Positions 52,735 to 64,000 of a stretch of DNA of 64,000 nucleotides are shown piece after piece. The notes under the pieces were generated by a model. The model saw only the letters and a program-made list of their open reading frames with translations, was not told where the DNA came from and made no database searches. This stretch comes from Isurus oxyrinchus (Eukaryota). Both the position numbers and the translations under genes were made by a program. The DNA is taken from positions 78,306,001-78,370,000 of the forward strand of contig JANJGN010000018.1 in assembly GCA_026770705.1 (NCBI GenBank), given 5' to 3'. Position 1 is the stretch's first letter. Each line of letters begins with the position of its first letter.

Positions 52735-53460
52735 ATAGATCATAGAATGCTTAGGGCACAGGAGGTAATTGGCCTGTTTTGTCTGTGCCAGCTCTCTGCA
52801 AGAGCAATGCATCTACTGCCACTCCCCTATCTTTGTTCCAAAGCCCTACAAATTCTTCCTCTTCTGATAATGATCTAATTTTCTTTTGAAAGACACAATG
52901 GAATCTGCCTCTTCCACACTCTTGGACAGTGCACTCCAGATCCTAATGGCATGCTGCATTAAGGAGTTTGTCCTCACCTTAAATCAGTATCCCCTTGCTC
53001 TCAAACCTTCTACCAGTTTTCCCCTCTCTGTCCAGACCCCTCATGATTTTGACTACTTCTATCAAATCTCCTTTCAACCTTTTCTTCCCCAAGGTAACCA
53101 CCCCAGCTTCTCCAGCCTATGTAACTGAAGTTCCTCACCCCTGGACCCACTCTTGTGAATCTTTTCTGCACTCTCTCTAATGCCTTCACATCCTAACTAA
53201 GATGTGATGCCCAGAACTGGTCACACCACTCCAATTGAGGCCGAACCAGCATTTTATACATATCATAACTTCCTTGCTTTTGTACCCTATGACAATATTA
53301 ACGAAGCCCAGGGTCTGGTAGGCTTTATTAACCACCTCTCAACCTTTCCGGTCATTTTCAATGAGTTGTGCACATATACCATCCCCCCCCCAGGTCCCTC
53401 AACTCCTGCCCCCTCTTTAAAATTATACCCTTTGAGCTATATTGCTTCTCTCCATTTTTC
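52735..53460 (-). mobile_element. Old CR1 3' fragment
   Basis: atcatagatcatagaatg tail followed by degenerate CR1 3' ORF2 sequence. Confidence 0.7.
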
Positions 53461-54805
53461 CTACCTATCTGGTCATTTAGCACATACCTGTTAGTCGGCA
53501 ATTTGCACACAGCAAGGTCCCACAATGTTTTGCTATATTACCAATAGCAGCTACACTTCAAAAATACGTCATTAGTTCTGATACACTGATGCCCTGAGAT
53601 TATGAAAAGAGCAATATAAATGTCAATTCTTTTTTACTTTTTATGATTATAAACAATTGCAATGTTGGCCTTTAAATCAACTACACATTTCTGCATCCCA
53701 TTCAGCTTCACTCACCAATAGATTATTAATCAAATGCAAAATGGAGTCAATGGTGTATTATATTTTAATACGCAATCATAGATACAGCTGTAGAAATTGT
53801 AAGCAAAACATAGATTACCTGAATGACCATGCAAGACAAAATTTCCTGATTTTATGCTGCCAGTACAGATGCACATGCATATCTCATAAGTTTCTACACA
53901 TTAACTGTAGTCCACTCAGTTAAACTTAAGTTTAATGGCTGGAATATTTTGTATATTTTCCCCAAATACATTCCATGTGAGGGGTAGGAAGTACAAGCGG
54001 GGGGGCGGGGCGGAAACTAACCTAACAACTGAATAACTAGTTTTTATTTAAAATTTTGATATTTCTGTTAATGGATATTTACTGTTAGTTTTTTCTCTTC
54101 AGAAGTGTTTTTTTTAAGATAGGACATAATTCATTTTGTATGGCAGATTGTGCATGGTCTTTGATTAAGGAATGTGTTAAGGCCACACGACATTTTCACA
54201 TGCTGTACGTTATCTTTGTTGCATTCCGAATCAGCCAATCATGGAGCACTATTATCACTGAAGATGGAGAAGCCCTAGTGGTGAAGGTGGTTCTTTTCTG
54301 GCTGAGGATGAACACGTGACTGAGGCAAATATATATTTTTACAGCAATGGATAATTCAAATGCTTTTTAACCATATTGTATTTCCAAAAGAGCTTCCATT
54401 ACTTTACATGAACTGTGCTCTTTCCTATGTAGGAGATTATGCTTAGCAATTCCAAACAAAATAAAAGTACAATAATAAGTAAAATATTATAGTGATGAAT
54501 AACTTACAACAGCAGCAATGTAGTGGAAATATTCTGTATAATTATTACAAGTTAAACATTTTAAACTCTGACAAAGTCACTCACAATTAGTAAAGTAAAA
54601 ATTCAAAGAAGTTACATATTGGACTGTGCAATGCATTGGTGTACTATCTCTGTTTTTGCTCAACACATCTCTTCACAGCTTAATGAGGTAGTGTTCAAAG
54701 TGGCCACAGAGATAGGCCACAGCCCAGCTCCATGACAGCAATTCTCATTTGAGAAGACACAAAACAGAATCATAAAATAACTACCTTTTTTTAACTGAAG
54801 CCATT

Positions 54806-54981
54806 TTACTCTGCTGAAAAGGCATTTTGATATATAATCAGTGGAGCATGTCTAATAAAACTATAATTAGAATTTGTAAGTTGATTTAAATTTTGATTTG
54901 AGTTCTGACATGTTGAGGCAGTCTCTTCTTTTCTTGATACAGTGCCAACATTAACATAGAGCTGATTGACTTCAGGATTTG
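54806..54981 (-). CDS. IgSF receptor last coding exon, cytoplasmic tail
   Basis: ttttccttcattttag| then ANPEVNQLYVNVGTVSRKEETASTCQNSNQNLNQLTNSNYSFIRHAPLIIYQNAFSAE*. Confidence 0.8.
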
Positions 54982-57900
54982 CTAAAATGAAGGAAAAATT
55001 GTGTAAAAATACAATTCGTATGGTTTAGTTCATTCCATGATTATAAATATATCTAAGGAATATACAGTCACGGAGAAATCAGTATCATTCCCCTGATGAT
55101 GGAAAACAGGTACCAAACTGACTCAAAGTGAATTCTATCATTTTGACACTAGTGTGTGAAGTCTGTCTTCTGTTAGTGAAATCTAGCATTGATAGCAAGA
55201 TTGTCATTCAGTTTTAGTCATTTGAGAAACTACTCAGCTAAGGCATCAAGAAGTTTTTCAAACTCGGTTTTAAATTTGTAGCTGCCTGTCAGTTAATTGC
55301 TTTAAGAAGAGTGATCCAATTATCTGTTTCATTGTACTGAAGACTGTAATGTAAGAAGTCACAAATTAATACTCTACAGTGTATGATTGATTGAATACTG
55401 CTAAGTCACATAAGTCATCTAGTGCTGCTTAACAATGTGTGGATGAAGGATGTGGTCTCACAGAGCTCAATACTTTGGAGGTTTGTGAAGTTATGGATGC
55501 CACATAAGTCACATAAGGCAATATTGAGACAGAATGTCAAAAGCTTCATCGAAGATGATTTTAAGGATTATCTTAAAGGAGGAAAGAGAGGCAGAGAGGT
55601 TAGGGAGGAAATCCCAGAGCTTGAGGTTGAGGCAGCTGAAGGCACGGCTACCTATGGTGTTTTAAAGTATCAGTTTTATGAATTACATGCTCATCAAGGT
55701 GAAGCCAATTTCAGTCTGAAGCACACCTTTGTTATATTACAACATAGGACATGCAGAATAAATCAGGCTGTACACTGCTTATGTTTCAACCCAATGTCAC
55801 ATGAGTACACCCATTGCCACATTGTGACATATTCCAATTCCTACAACAGGCATCCTGTCTACTCTCTGAATGCCAAAGGGCAGTTTCATTATGTGGGACC
55901 ACGTCCAGTTGGAACTGGGTTAAGAATAGTGGTTTAAGGCGTGAAAAGACAGCATTCTAACCCACTACACCCTGTTATCGGTTATACAAGTAAGTTATAC
56001 TGAAAGCTGGCAGTGTAAATGCATCAACTCCATTCAGCCCCGACATGGATCCACCTACTGGAACTTTGATTAAGTTGTGCAAATAGGAATACTGACCCTA
56101 TTTCCACAAATGTCAATTAAAAGCTATTTACAAGCCTCAACCTTGATTTAAAAAGCAAAAATTCTAATAATCTGGATCTTACCTTTTCTTGAACGCTTTA
56201 ATAGTAAATAGACAATGGCAGATACTAGAATTATGCACAGAGAAGAAAGCACCACCCAAATATATACTCTACCTGTAATAAAAAAATAACAAGAAGGCCT
56301 TTGAATTAATGGCTTCATCAATATCAGGTCATCTGATAACCAATATAATAAATTTCTTCCAAAATCAAATACAGTTTACTGTTTTTGTTTATACTGATCC
56401 AGTTAAGAACATGGAAATAACTGTTTGAGAAGCATAAACTGAGATTAAAATTAACAAGCATCAAACAAGATTTCAGAATATACTCTCAGGAAAAACAGCT
56501 AACGCAATGTCAATTAACTCCTGGATAACAAAAGGCTGGATGAAATTTGGTTGGGAACAGGGCTGAGGTTTATGATCGTTGATAAAGTGCTGCCCTTAAG
56601 TCAGTGGGAATTTGAAGCGGGAGTGTCAGGACCAAACCTACGGTAATTCGCAGTTTATGGGGAGAGAAGAAAGCGGTCAGTGATTTGCAAAGAGTGTGAT
56701 TCGAGGCAGGTGAAGCCTTGTAGGACCTGGAAAACCTTTTCACTCTTCAGACTATTTTCTTATTCTTGGGACAGGGTGCCGCACTGACTTCCAGGTTAAG
56801 GTGACAATGGAGTCCTATTATTACAATTAGACCTCAACTTGTGAAAAGTGTGTTCACCCATGTCATGGAATGGGGAGTTCTCCCACTCCCTAATGGGCGT
56901 GGGGTGTTAACATTCCCATATTAGTTGCTTAATTTTTTTTTGGTTGTGGATAAACTTAATTCATTAAAAAAAACCTAACTTGTGGATTTAGCCAAGCCAG
57001 TCAGAGGGAATTGGAGGGCATAGTGGGCAGATTGCTTAGTGTCAATAGTTTGGTAAAAAGGTGTTTGTTATTTCTGTGCTTTTCGTGTTCATGGCCACTA
57101 AAACAAGAAGTTTGAAATATAGGAGATACCAGGTCTCTTATCGAATGTGATTTTTTTTTCTAAATACAAATAAAAAGTGGGAGGATAGAATGAACCCTAA
57201 TAGTACCGAGACTATTTCATTTTTTGGTTAAAAGGAAACAGTGATTTTAAAGTGAAGAAAGGGAAGAAACTGTACAACTGAAATACCTTCATGTCGTTCA
57301 TCAATTGATATGGTTAGTTTCCTAATGATTTGCAACATTGAGTGATTCACATGACATGCGTACACATCCCCGTTCTCCCAGTGAGAGAGGTCAACGTAAC
57401 TTGTTCTGGAATTGCTGTTGTTTGAGGCAGTAGTAATACTGGAATTGATCCACACTGAGCCTTCTTTTCCTTCTTTACTCCACCTCAGTTGGATGTCACC
57501 AGGAAGGAAATTCTCTGCTCTGCAAACCAGTTGTACGCAACAACCGTTTTCAGGTCGGTCAAGGAATTTAACTTCGACCACTGGAGGAGCTTGGGGAAGA
57601 AAATGTGACATGTTTTATTGAATTTTGAAAAAAACAACTTTATATTTTACTTTATTTTCCATCGGGAAAAATCCCATTGTGCATATAGTGATGCTGTTCT
57701 CTCAACTAAATGCTGTACATTGATTCTATAATACACAGGCAAACATATTGGTTATGATGTAGATAATAATCTCAAGAAATTTCTTTGCAAAAATATTTAC
57801 AATTCAAATTAGCTTGAGACCAGAAAAGACAATTGAAATACAAAAGATTTATGTTATCAAGGCTATAATTCATACCTTCTACTGTGAGGCGCGTTTTGTT

Positions 57901-59440
57901 TCCTTGTATTTCTTTTGTAGGTGGTGGTATAGGGAATTCAATTTTACAGTAATAAAAATCTGTATCATTCAACTGGAGATCTTGGATGGTAAAGTGAGTG
58001 ACCATAGCATTGAGCTCCAAAGTAATGTCCACTCGACGATCACACTTAGGACTCCGCTCCAATGTTTGATTGATATAACGTATTCTACATACAGGATTTT
58101 TCCACATACTCCTCCACCAGGAAACAGACATCATTTCTACTTCAGTTCGATTGTACAAGTAGAAGTAAGAGATTTTAGCACTTTGTCCCTTCCCTGCTTT
58201 AAGAACAGCTGGAGTTTGGAAAACTTGGTCTTCACCATGTGTCAAAACTGTTCCCATGAAAAATGAAAATAAATTAACATTGTTGTGAAAAGCTATTTGA
58301 ACATCTATCCGTGAATCTACCTATTTATTTAAAGATGTGGCTCTCATATTAAGATTGAAATGATCATTCTTATTGAGCAAGACATGACACGGGTTCTGCA
58401 GACCAGTATAAGTTGTGTTTATTTTGCTTTTGACCAAAATTTAATTCTAAAAAAGAATGCAATCAAGGTATGAAATCAAGGTAAACAGTACAATCAATTA
58501 AAAGTCTGTCAAGAAAAGCATGTCGCTGTATACTTTAGTTATAGGGAGAGGTTTGTAATATTTGTTTGCAAGACCAAGAGGTTTGTAATATCAATGTGCT
58601 TTGTCACAAGAGGTTTATGATATCGTTGTGTGATTCAATGAGAGTTTAGCGTCTTATCAATTAAATCAGGTAGATTGCGAATGCAGTATTAAGATTGCTG
58701 TCAGCAAAACAACTGGTTAGGATATTTTTCATGTTCCAACATTAGTCAATGCAAAGAACCTTCATGGTCCTGCTCAAATGTCAACAACAATGTGTCTAGT
58801 TGGTCAGTCTATGCCTCTTACTGTCCTAGATGCCCTAGTCACCGATAAAACAAAATTGTAATGATGCACTGCTTATACAGGAGAGTTTAAATAAGTTTAA
58901 TACATGCAAAAGAATGGAAGTGCCTGCTTCAAAAGTTTTGGTCACTCACTACCATGCTAACTGTGGAGATACGTTCACAATGCAGCAAACGTGGCAAGGT
59001 TTAGAACAAAAGTTTTTAAATTTTAATTGATGTTTGGTTAGAATTAGATGAAAAATGTCATTGGCTGTAAGAAATAAGATTGATAAAATTAATACCATTG
59101 CATACTGGTCACAGCTCAGCACATTTGTTTCATGAAACATATACATTCATGACAGATTCCTTTTCAAATAAATTAGATTTCTATGAAGACAATACAGGCT
59201 AATACCTGGTGTTTTCCTGTATGATATTTAAGCCAAGTGAATACTCAACCAAAAAAAAAGAAAATCTGCAAGCCAGGAATGTCAGTGACAGAAAAATGTC
59301 AATCAGTACCAGCAGGGTTTTTAAAAGGTTACAAGACTGTTCTCTCAACTTTGCTAACATTATTAGATTAGAAAAGCATCCTTACCTAAAGTAACAATGA
59401 GGAGAATCCACTTGGTGAAACAATTAGTGAGTGAAGACAT
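54806..59440 (-). CDS. IgSF receptor, leader-V(J)-C1-TM-cytoplasmic tail, 331 aa predicted (join 59440-59386, 58247-57876, 57589-57287, 56272-56183, 54981-54806)
   Basis: All introns GT-AG and phase 1; the joined frame is open (55+372+303+90+176=996 nt). An extra small cytoplasmic exon (e.g. ~55182-55114) cannot be excluded. Confidence 0.88.
56183..56272 (-). CDS. IgSF receptor exon 4, transmembrane
   Basis: GRVYIWVVLSSLCIILVSAIVYLLLKRSRK; ttacag| and |gtaaga. Not in the ORF track. Confidence 0.9.
57287..57589 (-). CDS. IgSF receptor exon 3, C1-set domain
   Basis: APPVVEV..VQLVCRAENFLPGDIQLRWSKEG..WENGDVYACHVNHSML; aag| and |gtattt. Confidence 0.93.
57876..58247 (-). CDS. IgSF receptor exon 2, V-set domain with germline J-like G strand
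   Basis: VFQTP..GQSAKISY..VSWWR..TIQDLQLNDTDFYYCKIEFPIPPPTKEIQGNKTRLTVE; cag| and |gtatga. Confidence 0.93.
59386..59440 (-). CDS. IgSF receptor exon 1, signal peptide
   Basis: gcaaaATG; MSSLTNCFTKWILLIVTL+G|gtaagg. Confidence 0.8.
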
Positions 59441-59916
59441 TTTGCCCAGCGCCAGTTGCATTGACATGTTCTGTTCCGGAACAGGGATGGCAACAGCTCT
59501 GCTACAGTGGGTGGAGAGCATGCAACTGTGTTCTCCTAAAAAGGTGAAGCAGTCCGTTGTGGGTTCTTCTGACAACAGTCTTCCTGTCTGAAATTTGTGG
59601 TGCTTAGTCTTTGACTTTACTTGTATACCAACAATTAAATGACTTATTAAAAAATAATTAGTGCAAAGATGTCTGCCTGTGACAATTCATTACATGTTTC
59701 TGCTAAGACCTGGCAAATCTTTTGCATCTTTCATTAGCTTTTCTGGCACCTCATTTCTACAACAAAAACGATTTCATGTTATTACCTCAGAATAATTGGG
59801 TGTTGAGGTGTTAATTCCTTCCCTTTATTCACGTTTCACAAATTTATAATTAAACTGGATTAGGGCATTTTTTTTGGAGAGTTTCATGCATACTTATTAC
59901 TGTGATGAATATATCA

Positions 59917-60870
59917 GGGGGCTAAATTAAATATTCTCCTAAATTAGCGCCGGGGATTGTTATATGCGATTACGCTGCGTCTGTTCAAGCAGATACAGGC
60001 AGCACACAAAGATCATGCTCCCTGCTCATTTCCATGATTGTGGCATACAGCCCAGCACTAAATGTGCTGCTGAGTAGCTGCACACCTCAGCAGGAGCTCA
60101 AGTTTTTACAAGGCTTGCACCAATGTCCTAACCTGCACTACTCAGAGTCAGCCTGAACATCTTAAAGAGGAGGTGCATTCTGGCTGCAGCAACATTTGGA
60201 CAACTTTTGAAGGCATTCAGGGAGGAGCCAAAATGATGCAACAGAGCATAAAACGTACCCCCAGGTTTTCGGGTGTGGTACTGGAGTTGTTGTTGCAGGA
60301 GGTTGATCAAAGGAGAGAGGTTCTCTTCCATTAAGAGGCCAGGAGACCCTCCAGAGAAGTGCTTGGAAGGTATGAGGAGTAGATGGCTGTACCAATATTC
60401 TGGAGATAGGACACAGTGGCAGTGCCACAAGAAATTTAATGACCTCACACACAAGTGGTCAAAGTCAGTGGATGTATTCTTATGTGACATATCCTTCTAA
60501 CTGCACCATTAGTCTCACACATGATTTCATTCATCAAGCCCTCTTCACTTACCTAGCAACAGTCAATGTCAACCACAACTCAAACTTCACATTTGTATGC
60601 TTCAGCTCACACAGTCTCATATCTCACAGCTTCCACACGCTACCAGCTATTCCACTGTGGCAGGCACATCACCCAAACACATTGTACAACAATTACTGAC
60701 ATACCTCCCTCCCTCTCATAGGACAAGTGGTCTACTCTCCATACAGCCAGTGCAGGTAATGCTCATGTAATCACCCTCTGCAATATGAAGATCAGTGGAG
60801 GCCATATCAGAAGTGGACAGTAGAAGCCTATACACCATTTTTTCACCTCAACCAGCAACATAAGAGCAAT
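59917..60870 (+). mobile_element. Old Harbinger fragment (left end + Myb/SANT exon)
   Basis: ggggctaaatt start; ORF 60273..60500 contains RTQWQCHKKFNDL, a Myb/SANT helix motif. Confidence 0.6.
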
Positions 60871-60919
60871 TAAGAATAAAAACACTTAACTGGAGGAGGA
60901 CTATTTTTCATCGAATTGA

Positions 60920-61850
60920 GGAGGGACTTGGCTTGGATAAATTGTAGTCAAAGATTGGCAGGCAGAAATGTAATGGAACAATGGACAGCGTTTCAAGGGG
61001 AGATGGTTCAGGTACATTCTCGGTACATTCCCGCAAGAGAGGAAGGGAGGATAACCAAAGCCATTGCTCCCTGGACGACAAAGATGTTAGAGAGTAGGAT
61101 GAAGCAGAAGAGAGTGTGTGACAGATGTCAGCTTGATTATATAAGTGAGAATCAGGCTGAATATAAAAAAAATATAAGAAGCAGTGAAGAGGAAATAAAA
61201 GGGGCAAATAGACAAGATGAAAATAGATTGGTGACCAGCAAAGAGGTCCAAAGGTTTTCTATGGTATATTAACAGTAAAGAGTTATCATTGGTTGGCCGA
61301 TTAGGTACCTAAATTGAAATTTATTAGTGAAGGCAGAAGGCATGGCTGAGGTACTGAATGAACACTGAACGGGTGTAAACCAAGGAAGAGGGCTTTGCCA
61401 AAGCTCTGGTAAATGAGGAGCTTGTTGAGAAAAATAAATATGAAGAGGTGCGAGAAAGGCTGGCAATACTTAAAGTAGATAAGGCAGCTGGTCTGGATCA
61501 TTGGGTTGCTAAGGGAAGTAAAAATAGAAATTATGGAGCTGCTGGCCACAATTCAATTCTTCTCAGATGTTATGCTGGTGCCAAAAAATTTGAGGACTGC
61601 AAATATTACACCCTTGTCAAAAAGGGGTGAAGGATAAACCGGGCATTAACATTGCTGGTGGGGAAGTTTGGAGAAATAATAACCTTAGAGAAAATTAACA
61701 GCCACTTGGCAAACATGGACTAACAAAAGAGAGCTAGGACAGGTTTGTTAAGGAAAAATCACACCTGAATAACTTGATTGAGTGTTTGACGTGGGGTAAA
61801 ACAAAGGGTGAATAGAGCAATGTGGGGTTGACGTGATGTGTATAGGCTTT
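60920..61850 (+). mobile_element. Old CR1 ORF2 fragment
   Basis: INCSQRLAGRNVMEQWTAF..YIP..APW; LKVDKAAGLD. Confidence 0.75.
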
Positions 61851-62441
61851 CAATAGGCAACAAGTTGACTCTTAAGACCAAGATACAGGTTTATAAGGCC
61901 TATGTTCTCAGTGCCTTGTTGAACAACTGAAATATGGGCAACTTACAGCTATCAAGAAAAGAAGCTGGAGAACTGGTGGGAGCCCTGCATCACCTCGTTT
62001 CAGGAAAGCCTGCTGCATTAAGTGTCACTCAGGCACTTAACTTAGCAGAGGTGGGCCTTTCCTGGGAACAAGAAGCCCTCAGGCAGAAGTTCTTCCCATC
62101 AAGAACTGCTGATCAATCAGAGGCCAGCAGCTCTTTATTGCTCAACATTGCCACTGGAAAAGTAGTGGCTGCTGCCAGTAATGCACCTACCTGAGACAAG
62201 GCGAGGAACCCAGACCACAGGTGAGCTATGGGAGGGCCCCTTATGAGGTAGGAGATCGGGGGAGGGGTGGGATTGCAGAGAAGGGGTCAGCAGCAAAGGC
62301 AGGGATGTGGCTCTTGGTGAAACCCCACCCTTTCCTGATGCAGTCCCTCAATCAGGACCGAGTGCCTTTGAATGAAGGAATGCCACCTGGAAGCCTTCAA
62401 GCAACTTCGACAGGGTTTTGGGCTTCCCATATTGTGAGTCC

Positions 62442-63372
62442 TGTTATGATGTGGTAGATGATGTGTGCCAGGTGGACCAAATCGACAAGGGAAATTTGGC
62501 AATGCTATCACAATGGTTTTGCAATTTGTATTTATTATGAGAAATTTGGGCACTGATTTCAGAAGTAATTAGTCCACTAACACCTTTAAAGATTTTAAAA
62601 ACTAAATTAAAACATTTATTAACAAAAAAGATTTCAAGAGCATACATAAGATTACAGTTACTTAATATTATAACAAATCACAAAATTCTTTATTAAGCAG
62701 ACTTCCAACAACACACCCCCTTTAAGGCAACAGTCCAAAATAGATTTTAAAATTAAATAGCAAGCCAGCAAGTTTACCACAGCATCCACTCGACAGTAGA
62801 ATTCCAAAGGCTTTTCTCCAACTTTAAGTACTGGACACAGCAGACTTTTGCAAACATGGCTGGAGGCTTTCCAAGGCTGTTTTACACACTCCTTTTAGTT
62901 CTTATATTGCCCCCTAACATAGCTTTTAATTTCTCTTTATACATGTTTCTTTCTCACTAATCTGTAAATTCCATTGTTTTGTATGTTTTTGGAACTTTAC
63001 TTTTCCCATAATATAAAATTCTTTCATGTTGCCAATGTGGTATGTACCTTTTGGGAAAAATAAACATAATAACCTTGCCCTATTTATCTTATTAGTTCTA
63101 AACATCCTACCATCCCTTTGAAACCCAAACAACTCCTTCATTTATCTAAAAATGCAAATTTCCTTCACACCCTATATGCTAAGACCTCATCCAAGTTTAT
63201 TCATTAGTATTTCAGATGCCTTTTACCCCTATTTTTGATCATTTCAAGCTTGCAATCTATCTGAGTCTAATTTAATTAAATCACACAGACAGGACCATCT
63301 ACACTCACACCCACAAACCTACTTTACAATAAATCACAATAAAATTATGAAATTTATTATAGTTTCATGACA
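62442..63372 (-). mobile_element. 3' LTR of Gmr1-like Gypsy element
   Basis: Termini tgttatga...tcatgaca. On the minus strand it is preceded by a purine tract aaggatggagg (63383-63373). Confidence 0.7.
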
Positions 63373-63579
63373 CCTCCATCCTTATGGAAAAATGAACTGT
63401 CATTAAAAGGCTGCTTCATTTTCTCAACCCACCTTACATTACTTACTATACTTACCTATATGCACAAATCATTACATTACCAAGTGCATGCCTTAACATA
63501 ATATATACAAACCATTTGTATCAACAGAGGTCGTTTCAGTCCAGTGTCCGGGTGTTAAATGTCCTGTTTCCTTTGAACT

Positions 63580-64000
63580 TTAAACTTTAGACAATGGATC
63601 TGCAATCAGATTTTCTCATCCAGCCACATATATAATTCGTAAGTTAAATGGTTGCAGTAATAAACTCCACCTGAACAATCCTGCCCTTCAGTCTCGAAAT
63701 TTGTCTAGAAACTTTAAAGGATTGTGGTTTGTATAAACAATTGTTGCTGAAGAATTACTTGCAACATAAATCTCAAAATGCTGCAATGCTAATACCAGAC
63801 CCAGAGTCTCCTTTTCAGTGGTTGAGTATCTTCTCCGATGCACATTCAGTTTTCATGAAAAATACCCTATCGGTTTCTCAATTCCAGTTTCATCTTCCTG
63901 CAACAGTACAACACCAATACCTACATCAGCTGCATCAACTGCCAACTTAAATTGCTTGGCATAATTAGTTACTGCCAAAACTGGTGTCATAGTCAATACA
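63580..64000 (-). mobile_element. Gypsy pol C-terminus (RT end + RNase H), runs off window end
   Basis: Minus strand: MTPVLAV..QVDAADVGIGVVLLQ..KYSTTEKE..RWSLLLQPFNLRIIYVAG*ENLIADPLSKV*. Confidence 0.85.

Noticed and set aside
53995-54320. GC box, CCAAT and E-box cluster as a promoter
   Set aside because: Short motifs with no associated downstream gene; could be chance.
55422-55937. 171-aa plus-strand ORF in the receptor intron
   Set aside because: No recognisable domain; overlaps a decayed LINE/SINE tail (ttaaaggaggaaagagaggcagagagg...).
57880-57888. CACAGTA heptamer-like sequence suggesting an RSS
   Set aside because: It is the coding sequence for L-T-V at the end of the V exon, and no correctly spaced nonamer was seen; the gene appears non-rearranging.
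57814-58266. 150-aa plus-strand ORF
   Set aside because: Antisense shadow of the V exon.
58950-59065. Exon-like segment (ttacag...gtgagt; DIFHLILTK faintly myosin-like) in receptor intron 1
   Set aside because: Similarity too weak, boundaries do not fit a myosin exon, and it is not needed for the receptor frame.

Overview
Vertebrate genomic DNA, very probably from a shark (cartilaginous fish), judged by its repeat families. Most of the window is nested transposon sequence: CR1 LINEs, two Mag-type Gypsy LTR elements, a Gmr1-like LTR element, Harbinger/PIF DNA transposons, young Penelope-like elements with hammerhead-ribozyme termini, and SINEs. Two host-gene signals lie between the repeats. 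(1) An apparently intact five-exon minus-strand immunoglobulin-superfamily receptor gene (59440->54806, 331 aa predicted). Its structure is leader, germline-joined VJ-type V domain with a CD28/CTLA4-like YYCKIE-xx-PPP loop, antigen-receptor-type C1 domain, TM and a tyrosine-motif tail. (2) A heavily decayed sarcomeric myosin heavy chain pseudogene, possibly MYH15-like, whose exon remnants lie in collinear order on the minus strand from ~52.5 kb to ~15.4 kb and do not appear in the ORF track. All comparisons to known proteins were made by eye from remembered family consensus; no database search was run.
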